The position numbers and the translations under genes were made by a program. The notes below the pieces were generated by a model. It searched no databases. It was given only the letters and a program-made list of their open reading frames with translations, and had not been told where the DNA came from. Below, piece after piece: positions 11,378-24,320 of a DNA stretch of 64,000 nt. How positions within the stretch are numbered: the stretch's first letter is position 1; each line of letters starts with the position of its first letter. Origin of the DNA: Oopsacas minuta (Eukaryota; Animalia; Porifera); assembly GCA_024704765.1 (NCBI GenBank), contig JAKMXF010000332.1, positions 540,018-604,017 on the forward strand. Direction: 5' to 3'.

Positions 11378-13715
11378 CAGGGGTTCTCAACCTTTTGCGA
11401 ACTGAGTACCCCCTAAATGTCCAAGCACCCTCTATTCAAATTTGCAATATTCCGCTAAAATTTTATACGTTGATATAATTTGTATTATCATGAACAAAAC
11501 ATAATTTACGTATTTAGAAAAGTTGAATTATTAAGACAAAGATTAATGAGATGGTTGGGCCTACTTTGCTTTTACAAGTTCATCAATTCTTGGTTCGGTT
11601 TTGGATAAAGCTACACGGAGGGCCGGCTCTACGCATAAACGAGCACGATATTTGTTTTTATATTTGACTGTGTCGAGAATCCTTGTTCGCAGAGATATGT
11701 ACTTGAAAACGTCATCAGCCCACGCACAACCATCGCAGCGACACTAGGGAAATGTTGACTCATTCTAGACCTGAACTTCATCAATGGCAAAGTTTCAAAT
11801 GCATCTCGTACTGTAGAATCGTTTAAAAATTCGATGAAATTTTCCTGCACATTGTTGGGTATTTAACGCACGTTTACAAGGAACGGATTTCGAATCAACG
11901 CAAGATCCAACTCACTCAGGTCTGTGAAGTATAATTGAACTCTTCTTTCAAGAAGGAAAGGTGCGCTTGCACTAGCTTCATTATTTCCTTTTTCATTTCT
12001 TCTCCCTCAAGAAAAGTTATGACAGTTTCAAATATGTCTAGATTTCCCTCCTTGGCTTTTCTTTCCCATAAATCCAACGTCTTTATGAAGCTCGAATTTT
12101 ATCAATGAAATCAATTACAGTTGTGCACTTTCCTTGAAGTGACTTGTTTCGGATATTAATCGTGAGAAAATATCCTCTAAGTAAGAGAGTCTAATAATCA
12201 TGCTTTATCTTGCAACTTGTTGCAAAACTCTTGATTTGGCTCGCTCGCTGCCCTCAAAGAATTCTGCCATCTCTTTTCTCAAACTCTAGACAACATGTTT
12301 CCGCGAGAAATCCAACGAACCTCGGTGTGAAAGAGCAGCGTATTTTTTTAACATCAAATTCTTGGCACAATAATCGGAAGAGACGAGTATTGAGAGCGCT
12401 TCACTTGATGAAATTAACCATATTAATTAAATTGTCAAGGGTTGCTTTTAGCTCAGATGGTAGCATCTTAGATGCCAGAACATATAGGTGTATCAGGCAG
12501 TGAACATACTTAGTACCAGGATTGACTACTTTCACTCGTGCCCGAAATTCTGAACGATTGCCAAGCATAGCAGGAGCCTCATCAGTGGTGCATGCGGTTA
12601 CATTGTTCCATGATAGTCCTCTTCTCTCAAAATATTCAGAAACTTGAATGAGAACATCTCTCCTCTTGTAGTGGATTCCAGACAATGACAAAACAGGAAT
12701 TCTTCCTTAGAGTATCCATCCTTAATGTACCTTGCGAAAACAAGTAGCTGAGCGCAACTAGATACATCAGTCGACTCGTCTAGCTGGATTGCAATTTGTT
12801 CAGAAGTGCGCAACGTATTTCTGTTACTACCTGCTGCTAAATATCTTCTGCAATATCACATATTCGCAGTTACACTGTATCGTTGAAGAGAGGTACATAA
12901 CAGATCTCCTTCTCTCCATCATCTCCAATTAGACAGCGAACGATGTGTTTGTCATATGGTAGTATGAGCTTCTCGCGATTGTATGTGGATCTTTCTCTTG
13001 AGCGATTCTCAGAGCAAGCATGTATGAAGCACGAAGGCTTGCTTGATTTATTTGATTTAATGACCACTCTTATCTAAACGCATCCTCTTCACTCCGATTC
13101 CATTCGTTTGAAGAATGCAGCATCTTTGTCTACTAACTCTGGATGTCATCGGTAAGATGCCTCTTGAGGAAGCTTGGCTTCATCGATTGATCAGAAAGGA
13201 CCTCAAGCGCACTACGCACTGTGGTAGTTCGCGTCCATTTTTCAGCTCTAGTGTGAAACCGTGTTGAATGTAATTATCATTATATTTTCGTTTTTTCCCC
13301 GATTCCTTAGGTAATGAATTTGCCATTTGAGTAGCGGTTCAAATTTGAACATGATGTGGAATTATGTGAAAAAACAATTAATTTTAGAATTTATATCTAG
13401 AAATTGAAATCGAAAATGGAATAGTCAAATGAAGCGCATAAATAGTATCCACCCAGCTTATATTTGTTGATTCATAAACCGCGTCAAAATATACACTGGT
13501 AATTAGCAACCTATCCAATTAACCAAACAATACTGTCATAATTACGGTTTCCTTTTGGTAGGTCTCGAATCAGAAGTAATTACTAGGCAGAATTTCATAG
13601 TAATTCTATACGTTTATAGTTGGTTCATCGGATCCCTCGAAAACATCTGACGTACCCCTCGAAAAACACCGAGCGTGCCCCTAGGGGTACACGAACCTCA
13701 GGTTGAGAACCCCTG
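11378..13715 (-). mobile_element. Buster/Charlie-type hAT transposon (ZBED5/SCAND3-like transposase), disrupted
   Basis: Perfect 16-bp TIR CAGGGGTTCTCAACCT at both ends; 8-bp TSD CTTTAGGC / CTTTAGAC (nnnTAnnn). Fragments IAIQLDESTDVSSCAQLLVFARY, CTTDEAPAMLG..HCLIHLYVLASK, TFSSTYLCEQGFS. Confidence 0.92.
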
Positions 13716-14159
13716 CTTTAGACGAATTACTTGGTTGCGACAGTGGTATACCCAAAATTTGTGAGTGTGATTCAGCTGTATTGAATACACTAAGATCATT
13801 TCCATTCCATTTTTGTAAATCATCTCTCAATAAGGTATGAGCTTCTATTGTTGATTTAATTAACCGCATGCATCTAACATAATTTAGATTTTCAGTCTGC
13901 AATATCTTGGAAAGAATAATGATAACTGACATTACTTTACTAAACATGCCAGTGATATTAAAAAGGAAGTATCTAGAGTAGAATTTAAGTGAGAAAGTGC
14001 ATGAGCTCGAGATTTACATTTGAAATGAAAGTCGTTAATTATTTTTCCAGGCCAAAAACAATAGATGAAATATTGGAACTGATCCCTATTTTCATATACT
14101 TCTTTAATTCGTGCTTCACAAATGGAATTTACCACACTTTTTGGGTGCTGCATGTTATA

Positions 14160-15471
14160 CAGGGTGACAAATAAGTTCTGTCCCATATGTTTGATGTAGT
14201 GTAGTTCCTTATTAAAGAACCAGATTAAACAGTTATAGTGTAAGATAAGTAACAATGTATATATTTAAAGTATTCAATGGTAATCTGTACATTCTGAACA
14301 AGCTAAAAGATTCTAGGCAAAATGGAGAAGAATAGGGTGGCTATTGTTAAATTATATTTGCAAGGGAAAAGCCAAAGCGAAATATTGAAGATTCTCAATT
14401 TCTCCATGTCGCGCAGGAAATTGATATATCGTACTATTAAAAGATATAAGGACACTGGTAGTACCTCAGACAGGCAGAGAAGTGGACGTCCAACATCTGC
14501 GACCACTACCCAGAAGAGAAAGGTTATCCGTAGTCGGATTCAGCGAAATCCGCAACGTTCGATGCGAAAAATGGCGCTAGAACTCAAAATATCAAGAGAA
14601 TCGGTCCGAACAATTGTGAAGAGCGATATGGGCCTATTTCCTTACAAAAAGAGGAAGGTTCACTTTATTTCGCCACAGATTAAAGAAAAGAGACTAGCCA
14701 GGAGCAAGGCCTTACTCGCCCGGCTCGCAAGTTTTGGCCTTGATGAAATTTTATTCTCGGATGAGAAATTATTCACGGTCGAGCAGGCGTACAATCGTCA
14801 AAACGATCGAGTATTGTCCTCTTCTCCATCTTCCATACCAGAAGAGTATCGATGCGTCCAAAGAGTTCAGCATCCTCAGTCAGTGATGGTTTGGGCGGGG
14901 GTGTCCGTAAAAGGCCGTACCCCACTAGTTTTCATCCCACCGGGCGTAAAAATAAACGCTGTTAAATATCAGGAGCTCGTTTTAGACCCAATAGTGAGAG
15001 GCCTTGGTAAGACCATGTTCAATAATCGTCCATTTTTATTCCAGCAAGACGGTGCGCCAGCCCACACAGCGAAAGTCAACCAACAGTGGTTACGAAACAA
15101 TATCCCAGACTTCATCTCCAAGGAGGAATGGCCTCCTTCCAGCCCAGATCTCAACCCGATGGACTTCTCGTTGTGGTCGATATTGGAGACAAATGCGTGC
15201 ACTACTTCCCATAAGAGTATCAAGTCTCTAAAAACGTCTTTATCCCGAGAATGGGCAAAAATCCCGCAGGAAAAGTTGCGTGCCGCTGTCGAGTCCGTCC
15301 CCAAGCGGCTAAGAGCTGTCATCAAAAAGAAAGGGGGCTATATCGAACAATTGAATATATTATGAATCTATATTTAGTTTGCTAAGTTATAGCATAATTT
15401 CAAGTCAATATCTTAGTTCATAGCTTAGTTATAATAAATTTTCAATGGGACAGAACTTATTTGTCACCCTG
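14160..15471 (+). mobile_element. Tc1/mariner element, DD37D (maT) family, apparently intact
   Basis: Perfect 27-bp TIR CAGGGTGACAAATAAGTTCTGTCCCAT, TA on both sides, 1312 bp long, one uninterrupted transposase ORF. Confidence 0.95.
14322..15365 (+). CDS. DD37D transposase, 347 aa
   Basis: N-terminal HTH-like region; catalytic FSDEK, QQDGAPAH, SPDLNPMDF; 37 residues counted between the second and third Asp. Confidence 0.95.
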   Translation: MEKNRVAIVKLYLQGKSQSEILKILNFSMSRRKLIYRTIKRYKDTGSTSDRQRSGRPTSATTTQKRKVIRSRIQRNPQRSMRKMALELKISRESVRTIVKSDMGLFPYKKRKVHFISPQIKEKRLARSKALLARLASFGLDEILFSDEKLFTVEQAYNRQNDRVLSSSPSSIPEEYRCVQRVQHPQSVMVWAGVSVKGRTPLVFIPPGVKINAVKYQELVLDPIVRGLGKTMFNNRPFLFQQDGAPAHTAKVNQQWLRNNIPDFISKEEWPPSSPDLNPMDFSLWSILETNACTTSHKSIKSLKTSLSREWAKIPQEKLRAAVESVPKRLRAVIKKKGGYIEQLNIL

Positions 15472-15589
15472 TACAAAATGGCTGCTCGTTCTTGAACAGA
15501 TTTATGATAATCTTTTGAAATATGTTCTTTAACTTATCATGAATCATTTTGTAATTTGTAAATGGTGTTTAAACAAAGGAACATACTTA

Positions 15590-16400
15590 TAGCATTAGGA
15601 TCTTTCGATCAAACATCGTACAATCAGTAACTAGATGCTTTTTGAGAATCGTGATCGGGTTCGGATCGATAATTTTCTGAAAAGATCCCGATCCTTCTAA
15701 ATATTTACAAGTAATAGTTCTGTCTCGTGCTATAATCTTTAATTTAGACTGACTAACGATCGCAAGTTCTTACTAACTCGAAGCTCTCAATTCAATCCAT
15801 TCAGCTATTTAATTAACTCAATGATCCACAATCAAAAAGGAAGATTAGAATGATAACGTACAATTGAAACCTCTTTTTCATACTTATCAATTGTTTTACT
15901 TTATGTATTATCAGATTGTAAATAATGTGGGAGTTACATATTTTCCCTTCGTTATTTCTTACTATATTTGCCTGCAAATATCTGTGAGGAGATACCGGTT
16001 TCGGAAGTATGTAGAATCAAATTATTACTACTTTATACTGACAATATTTACGTATAAAAGAGTGGCTCAAACTCATACATAGGATCACTTAAATATGCAA
16101 TAATATGTGCTAGCACTTTTGGAAATGATGTACCGCCCATGTATATATGTATACATAGGTAAATATACATAACTTGTAGTCGTAATGTCCAGCTATAGTA
16201 TTCAAAATATTCAACTTTTATTTCGATAAATGGATCTTCAATTATACTATTAGAGGGTCGTAAATTGGATCGTGAGTGGATCATGGATCCTTTTAGAATA
16301 TTAGATCGGAACAGGGAGCGCTGATCATAATTTCAGCCAGATCGGGATCGGGATCGGGATCCAAATCTAGATCCTTAATTGAGGCTCGCCAAATATCCTA
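15590..16400. repeat. GATC/GGATCG motif-rich segment, probable non-autonomous DNA transposon
   Basis: Clusters of GATC-containing hexamers at both ends (15590-15700; 16260-16380, including GATCGG x3). Ends were not precisely defined. Confidence 0.35.
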
Positions 16401-16779
16401 ACCATGCTTGGGCATATTTATGATTGCGTCACGTTGGTCTAAGCATAGCCATATGCATTCATAAGGCAATGGATCGCTTAATAGTTTTTGGTAAGATAGT
16501 TAATTTATATATATTTACATAAGGAAGTCTATTTGTTTCGATAATATCAATATGTTGCATTTCCCTCGATGTTTGTATTATTGATTCTCCACAATACATA
16601 TAGTTTATATCTAAGACTACTTCCGAATAGAAATGATGAAGCTATTTTTATTACAAAATGCTCCAATTTTAAAGTACTGTAAATGTATAACTATTGCCTT
16701 TACTTCTACACAATTTACACTTAGTTCTGAGGATGTGTTCATAAAAATATCAAAAATGTTGTCACGACAATGATGGAAC

Positions 16780-17420
16780 GTTCTAGAGTTATTGTAGTGA
16801 CCATGTATAGCATATTTTTCCCATCTTTACCTATAACTTTCCTACCTTTATTGATATGGCCAAATCGTTTTACGAACAGGTACCAAGAATTCCTCAATTA
16901 TCCTCTTTGTTATGTATATACCTCCTTACAATACTATAGATTAGATAAGCACTTGATGTCAAACTCGATATTGCTCTCTCTGGATACAAGGGAGTTATAA
17001 TGACTGGAGACTTTACTTTTGACATTTTATCCATCATGATTCTATACTTATAAGATGCATTGATGTAATACATGATCTATGATTAGTATTGTTAGTGAGC
17101 CAACAAGGGTCACTAAATAGTCAGCAACGTTACTTAACCACATAATAGTCTCTAGTCCTAAATTTCTGAGAACTGTTAAATTAGCTACATGTGTTAATTG
17201 TAATCGCTTTCTGGTTTGTTAGACTAATAAATAGCGATTCAGTAAAAGTCTGGACCATAATGTAATTTAACATCGTTCTTTGAAGGCTCTAAATTGTGAT
17301 AGCTCTATGAAAGACTTATACAATTCTCCATAGAATCTCATTGATAATTGTAACGATATTGACATGATGGCAGACTTCATTTTAAACTGATATTTCTCAA
17401 AATTTGAACTTAAATTTTCC
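16780..17420 (+). mobile_element. Decayed non-LTR retrotransposon (CR1/L2-like) ORF2 endonuclease region
   Basis: Fragments VIMTGDFTFDIL (about 17000-17025), IVSEPTRVTK*SATLLNHIIVSSP (about 17088-17160) and RSLKALNCD..DLYNSP*..NDIDMM resemble the GDFN / EPTR..SxTLxDHI AP-endonuclease C-terminus. Confidence 0.55.
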
Positions 17421-17889
17421 AATTTAATCAAAGAGAGTGAAACATTCTATAAATCCAGAATGAATTTATAATGAACTAATGATAGCTATGAAAGAACGAG
17501 ATAAATTTTGACGGATAAGTTATAAAATAAATTGGTAATAGTTGGATGACACTGCATTTGTACATTCTTGAGTATCATTAATACAATTATTTGAGCCAAA
17601 ATGCATCCAATTTTATATTATCGATAAAATATTATTGCATGTCAAATTTATTCAACTTGAAGTAATCCATGGTCCAAGAAATTCTAGACCGTGAACAGGC
17701 TTTAGTTCGTAGGTTGTGCATAATTTACATATGGCTTTATAATTTCCTACAATTATATATAAATTACTTGAATAACAATTACATCAATTACAATTATTAT
17801 AACTATTACAACCATTTGGAAAAGCGCAATTACAATTACTAATACTATTGTTTTTATATTGTATCATTACTATTACAATTCCCCGGAGG

Positions 17890-18303
17890 GCATGTATTAG
17901 TCCAAATTTCAGATGTTTGCGTTAGTCCAAATATGAAATCGGTATTAATCCATTTTGTGGTGATCAAATACATGCATTCACGGGGAAATTTCGTCGCGAG
18001 GAAATATTGTCATGTACCTTTGTTGTTTTGAATCTAAATACTTTTAGCAACTCACAACCTGATCCAGATCCAACTCAAATCCAATCGAAACACCACACCA
18101 GTTTTCCAAATAGTCTACTGAAATGCTCAGCTTCTCAGCTCAACCAATCTAGCTAGATAATCCTGTCAAATCCAATCCTAACTCCATCCAACTTGAGTTC
18201 TAAATCCTCTCAGCAACCCACAGCCTGATCCAGATCCAACTCACGCAAACATAACCAAAAATTTGGACTAACGCAAACATCTGAAATTTGGACTAATGCA
18301 TGC
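17890..18303. mobile_element. MITE-like element with 43-bp inverted repeats
   Basis: 17890-17932 and 18261-18303 are reverse complements with 1 mismatch (GCATGYATTAGTCCAAATTTCAGATGTTTGCGTTAGTCCAAAT). Internal direct repeat CCTGATCCAGATCCAACTCA occurs twice. Confidence 0.7.
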
Positions 18304-20307
18304 ATGCGAATTTGGGCTAACAACGCTCCCCCGTTATTACCCTATGCCTGCTCACGAACTAACCAACTTTGTATTACAGTATCTATAGATCATTTTCAAA
18401 TATTAACTTTGAGATAAATGTGCAACAATGCCATTAGGAGAATTAGGAGGTATATACCAATTGGCAGTAGAAAAATTTGTATTTATTCTTATAGGTTTCC
18501 ACTTGATGACTATTGCAATTTGAACAAATATGATAGCTATTCAGAGAAAGAATTATGATATCTAAATCTGTTTGTGTTTTCAAATTCAGCAAACCTATTT
18601 TAGGTAATTTTTTCTCGTAGTGTTCATAATATCTTTACATACGGTAACAGCCCAAGGACCCTCAGTCCATGATCGAATTGAAGCATTCTAATGGATCAAC
18701 AGGATATTAATGTTTTATTATCCTGGGATACATACCTCCCCCCTGTCAACCCTAGACCCGCCACTGGGAGGCAGTATACCCTAAGTGCACTGTCAGGATT
18801 TCTTCCGGGCGGGAGGAAAATTACACTCCCTGTCCCCCTACTAGCTACGCCTCTGGGTATTATTATTCACATTGGTATTCTGACTACACAAGAACATTTC
18901 TTATATAGAAATATATTATTTAAGGGGATAAATTTGTAATGTTGGTAAAATTTGTCTTGTACAGAGACATTTGACGCCAAAGTATTCCTGTATACATATA
19001 CCTAACAAAATCATTTCCCTAATTTGTTGATTATTTTATTTCAATGAATAGTAAAATTTTTCGTTCAAATACATCTGAAACCTTATGCTTATTAGTACAA
19101 AGTACCTTTAATTTTTTGTCCTTTCAATTGTGCTGATTCGATTTCAATTTCAGAGTCTAATTCAATCCGAATATTTTTCCCCGTTTGGAAAATCTTTAAT
19201 CGTATTTTTCCAAATTTATACACCATTCTATTGATTACAAATTTGCAATCCACACATTACACTTGTATAGTAGAAAAGTTCAATATTTTGCATGATCAGA
19301 CAGAATGCGATGAGATAATTGAGAGGTCAAATTCTTTTACACATTAACTGCCTATAAATAATAACAATGTAATACTACCCGCTGTCCAAGTTTCCGAAGA
19401 TATTCTGGATGAGAAACTAACTAATTTATTTTCATGGCTACTATGAGCAAATATATATTCATGTTCTTTTAATCTTTCTTCGAATAAAATTCCTTAGTAT
19501 TTATCCATCCATCCTGCCCTCAGTCCTATACATCCTTTCAAAATCTTCTTAGATACCCCAATTTTACCTATTAGATCCACGATATCATCACACTGGCGAA
19601 CTTTTCTGGACTTCGTTCACCATCAAATTACTATTGTGACCAACGCAGTTGGAATATGGGGCTTTGGATATTAACTCCAAGCTCATGTCTATGAACCAGA
19701 AACATGACAAGCAGAGTCGAGGCTGACACGATTACCCATTTTTCTGTAATCGTAATCGAGAGCCATCCTGGAATCGGTTAGCCTTACCGGTTAACTGATA
19801 AGTTAACATATACTTGCTTAACCGAATAGTGACATTTCCACCAATATATTCAATGTTCCCTTTTGAGAGGTACGCATTATATACACGAATTCTTCTAGTT
19901 ACGTATTTATGAGATGGTTATGTCCGTATTCTAAATTTTCAATCATTTTGTGAGATATAATCGCATCACAAATCCATATATAATGGCTTTGTAATGACGT
20001 CTTTAACTTTAGTCGCAAAACCCAATTGATTGTATTTAATTATATTTGCGGCGGTTAACCGGTTAATCGATAATATCGAAAATTTTTGATCACCTCTTTA
20101 ATTCAGTTAACCAACCCTAGCCCTGTCAAGAGTTTCTATAAGATTATAATCGTAATCATAAATTTCTATATTCGTCAAATCGTAATCTTAATCGTAATCA
20201 TGCTATCAATTGCTGATTTGTATTTGAATTTAAGAATACATGAATACCATCGTAAATTTCCCATACATCACTGCTTTTGTATACTATGAAAACGCAATTA
20301 ATCTATA

Positions 20308-20850
20308 CTACGGCGTTTCGCTCGCTCACGCTACGCGGCTTGCGAACACTGTGTTCGCATGGGGCTCGGCACTTGGTGCCTCGATTACAGCAAAGTATAT
20401 ATGTAGCTACATATTCACAATTCATTGGTGATACATTCATATTTGTAATCGGCATACCCGATTATCCCAATATAACTATTGAAAGCAAATTTCTAGGATT
20501 AATTAGAAAATTGTTCATTTTATACACCTATAAAACAACAAATATTCAGAATATGTAGTTGAAAACGCGAATTCGGATTCAGCGTACTGTGTTTCCTGTG
20601 TAGCCGTTAGAGCAAGGCTGTATATTTGAAATTTGGTGATTTTGTTTATTCTATATGTATAAACAACGATTAATTTTGCATGTGATTAACTCGAAAATGT
20701 GAAAATCGGAATTAGCACGGTGAATTATCCCAATGGAATTGGGATCTTTTCCTGTTTATTCCCTAGCATATACCCAGATGATCCTCTCTATCATATGTGG
20801 AAAGTGGACAAACAAACAAACACACAATAATTGAGTTTTAATATTATAGA
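20308..20850 (-). mobile_element. Non-autonomous Helitron-like element
   Basis: Minus strand begins A|TCTATAATATTAAAAC followed by a (GTTT)n microsatellite and ends in a GC-rich stretch ...GCGAGCGAAACGCCGTAG|T. The 3' part resembles 49234-49290. Confidence 0.55.
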
Positions 20851-21475
20851 TATATGTATGTATATATATACACGTATATATGTTTGTATGTCCAGAATTT
20901 GTTGAGAAACTGGAAGACCTCCAGGGCCTATGTATGGCATACAGGGGTATTTTGGACCTGGCTCGGAAATTTTGAGTCTTGGACGAAAATTCATACCTAT
21001 AGCGAAATTTTGACTTCATCATCACCATTTGGTCAGTGTTGTTATTAACCACTGCTCAACCAATATACATGATGGAGTATGAAATTTGAACCACATGTAG
21101 CAATCAATGTAGCAAATATCCTGACGCCATGATTCTTACCAAAATTAACTCATGATGGAATTATTTGGTGCTAATGACTGAACAAAAAGCCCAAGTTTTC
21201 CTATTTTCGAAATATTTTCGAATTTCTTACTACGCAGGCATGAAGTACCGAGATTACTAACCAAAAGCGACAACCATATCCAGTATCATCGCAGAAGGCC
21301 ATTCAATGTAATTTAGATGGACCGTGGGTGATAACATTTTGAAATTCTGCTATATTATAAATCTAGGGCCTGAAGTGCCGAATTTATCCGCCGCATAGCG
21401 ACCAAATGCACTTTAATTTTATCTGCTTAATACTTAATCTAAACTGAGGCACCTAGCTGTCGCGCAGCGAACTAG
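20851..21475 (+). mobile_element. Non-autonomous Helitron-like element
   Basis: (TATG)n/TGTTTGTATGTCC start and a GC-rich 3' end GCTGTCGCGCAGCGAACTAG|T. A clear 5' TC was not found. Confidence 0.45.
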
Positions 21476-22835
21476 TATGCAGACATGTTAGAATTCTATT
21501 TCAGTCATAGGGTTCACAACTCACACTTTTATATCCATTCACCTTGTAATATTCTTGACTTAGATGCTGAACTTTGATCATAATCGTATTCTTGCTAAAG
21601 TTATAGTAATCGTAATCTCTTGAAAATATGGATCGTAATCGTAATAATAATCTCTTGAAATTGTGATCGTAATTGTAGTCGGTCCCAACCTTAATAAGCA
21701 TAAACATTTGAAGCTTCATCTTAGGCCTCACATCGGCAATTCTGCATGGCAAAACCAAGATTATTTACTGTTTTGATAAGCATATTGTAGACTCTTTATC
21801 TGTTCATTATCATAAATTTCTCGATTTTAAATTGACCAAATCAGAAACACATTCAACATCCGCTAACTCTGATGCAGGTTAACTCGACCATCCGCTATCT
21901 GGAGCGAATAATTCCCTTCGTTTTACTCTTTGCACCCTATTCGCTGTAAAATTCATTTACTATCCATCAAAATTTATGTATTTACATGGTATGATCAGTA
22001 CAACCCCCCCACTTTTTGTCAACCTGTCGCCCCTATATTTAGCGTTTGAGTACAATTACATTTACAAGGCATCAAAGAATGACATGGTTTTCCCAGATAT
22101 GAACTTACTAGAAAAACTTTTCCACATACCTGAAATATTTTTCACATACATTGGTAAATTATATGTTATTCCACATATATGGAATACATTTATTCGGATA
22201 AAATATACAAATACAACACGTTGACTACCAGCTACGTGATATTTCGTATTTTTCACTGGATGAGTGCCATCTTCGAGTTGTCTTAGAATGTTTTAATTGA
22301 TTTTATCGTTAGCATTACATTTCTATTAGATTTCTCAAAATATTAAGAACCTATTTTCAAATTGCTTTTCTATGTTACTAATTATATCAGAACGCTCAAG
22401 GGACCTTCGATACTATGCGTTTATGATATTTGTTATTACTATACACTCAATAATATGAAATATTGGCCAAGAATATGGATAATGAGCTAATACTATGAAA
22501 TTATACTGACGAAATAGGAAGGAAAGATCTTGCATCACAATTTAGCACACCTTAAAATTTTGTTTTGAGGTAAAATTGAGGAATTTTTGGAAATATCTGG
22601 AAGAAGTGCCCCAAAATGCATTGATAGGGGATAATTCTTAGCACATATCATGATTTAATAGTTTTGACTACATTTGTAAGATGTTCTAAAGCAACACCAA
22701 TATCAGTGACCACAACATTAGTGATAACGTGAAAAATATTGTACCAGGAATGGGAACAGCATATTTGGCTGACACTAAACAGGTTAATGGCCTTCTGTGG
22801 TGATACTGTAAGGTCGCATGCATTTGTTTGAATTA

Positions 22836-23071
22836 CACTGCCTGTCCAAAAGTATCGGAGCACCCTGCCACAATCGCACCTGGCACCAAAAAATGCTACC
22901 TTAGTTTATACGCTAAAGATGAATTCTAACAATTTTAACACACATATATCACAAACAACAAATGATAACAAGCTATTGTTCTACTTTCTGCTTTATCCAT
23001 AGAATGTTTCAAGGTATTCTCGCCGTGTGCCACAAATTGTACATTGTTCCAATACTTTTGGCCAGGCAGTG
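22836..23071. mobile_element. Tc1-like MITE (236 bp)
   Basis: TIR CACTGCCTG(T/G)CCAAAAGTAT(C/T)GGA, TA on both flanks. Confidence 0.75.
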
Positions 23072-23293
23072 TATGTTGTTACCAATTGTTAGACAATCCT
23101 ATATTGTCAGGTTTGACTCTATTTTATGCAAATGGTCAGTTGTTCGACACTATTTTAGAGAAGTTATTATTGTCGAAACTGTTTTAGTGATATTGTTAGC
23201 TGTTTCAGCAACTTTTAATTCACAGTAGAATGAATGAGTGTTTAATTAATAGTGAAAATAACTTTTCTTATACATAAAAAACTAATCCTGAAA

Positions 23294-24320
23294 TTAGACT
23301 CGTTCAATGGCGATGGTATGATTTCCAACAGTATGACTGATAGCATCGAGATATTCCCATTTATTATCACTTCCAGTTGTCAATTTTAGTTTACATGCGC
23401 TCCGACATTCAGCATTGAGAATGTTTATCCTTTTTCTGCCTCTGAAAATTTCTTTGCCATAACCTTCCAATGTCATTGTCTGTATCCATGATAATTTCAT
23501 TAAATATAGCCGTAAAATCCAAATTCTTGGATGGCGCACTTAACTGTCGCTTTAATCATTGAGCGATAACATACTGCACCGTTGTTCGTTGAAAGTTGAT
23601 CATCAAAGATGGATAATCTTTTGGCATATTTGTTGTAACCATCTCCTTTTAACGTACTTTTGTAATTTTACGAAATTAATTTCCTCAGCAACTAGAAGAT
23701 ATGTTGGACATTCAAGAAGCGTAGAGGTTGACAAAATGTCACTTGCTGGAGAATAGAGAATTGCAATTTATTTTAGAATGTATGTTGCTCGCTCACGATC
23801 TTCTCTGAAACTTTGTACATGTACTAGCTTTTGTGTCTTACTCCATATCCGTTCTGTATAATGAAAGCAGCAACCCTATATCCTTACATTTGGAATAATC
23901 TAATGATTCGAATTCTTCTTTCCTGTTATAAGGAAATGAATAGCTGGTATAGTGTGATTGTAACACTCGCAAAATGTGTCTGGAGCTGATAGAATTGAAT
24001 CTGAACTACGATAAATGCCCCATCAAACTGAATGTCAGTGATTTGAGGAATGAAATCTTCCATCGCAGCAAAAGTTTTTCAGATGATTTTGCATTATCCT
24101 TACTTTTTGATTTTAACCTAAAGGATTCTAACGGTATTCCAATTGTGTGTAGTTATTTATAGCAATTTGAGTTATCAAGTTTGTGTCCATGTTAAGTTAG
24201 CAGTAGCTTTACAGCCATTCCTAAAACGAGCGGATTTCATGTAAGCTTTGTTCTCTTTCACATTATATATTTGTCATTGTCCGTTGTAGTAAATATCTTT
24301 CCACTCTGATGCTTGTAATT
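23294..24320 (-). mobile_element. Decayed MULE (Mutator-like) transposase with FLYWCH-like N-terminus and an internal deletion
   Basis: Minus-strand fragments FRNGCKATANL, QFDGAFIVVQIQFYQL (DGTF-like), GCCFHYTERIWSKTQKL, STNNGAVCYRSMIK, HPRIW, WEYLDAISHT, in canonical MULE order. Confidence 0.65.

Larger units (their letters stand above)
10838..15600 (-). mobile_element. Old hAT (ZMYM1-type) transposase remnant split into three pieces by later insertions
   Basis: Dimerisation motif ALTLPVTTCTPERCFSAMKILK (10838-11065). Mid-region FSKVMSVIIILSKILQTENL..LIKSTIEA..LRDD (13716-13950) and SICEAR..SFLISLACLVK (13950-14157). The reading appears to continue at 15474-15600 once the two nested elements are removed. 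Confidence 0.6.

Noticed and set aside
14969-15325. Antisense or alternative-frame ORFs inside transposases (also 12210-12503, 40767-41223, 52351-52655, 59708-59926)
   Set aside because: Shadows of real coding sequence on the other strand or frame; no recognisable motifs.
19250-19650. Minus-strand stretch that reads fairly open (CDDIVDLIGKIGVSKKILKG...), possible nested gene exon
   Set aside because: Contains a stop, has no recognisable domain and no supportable gene model; a BLASTx or RNA-seq check would settle it.
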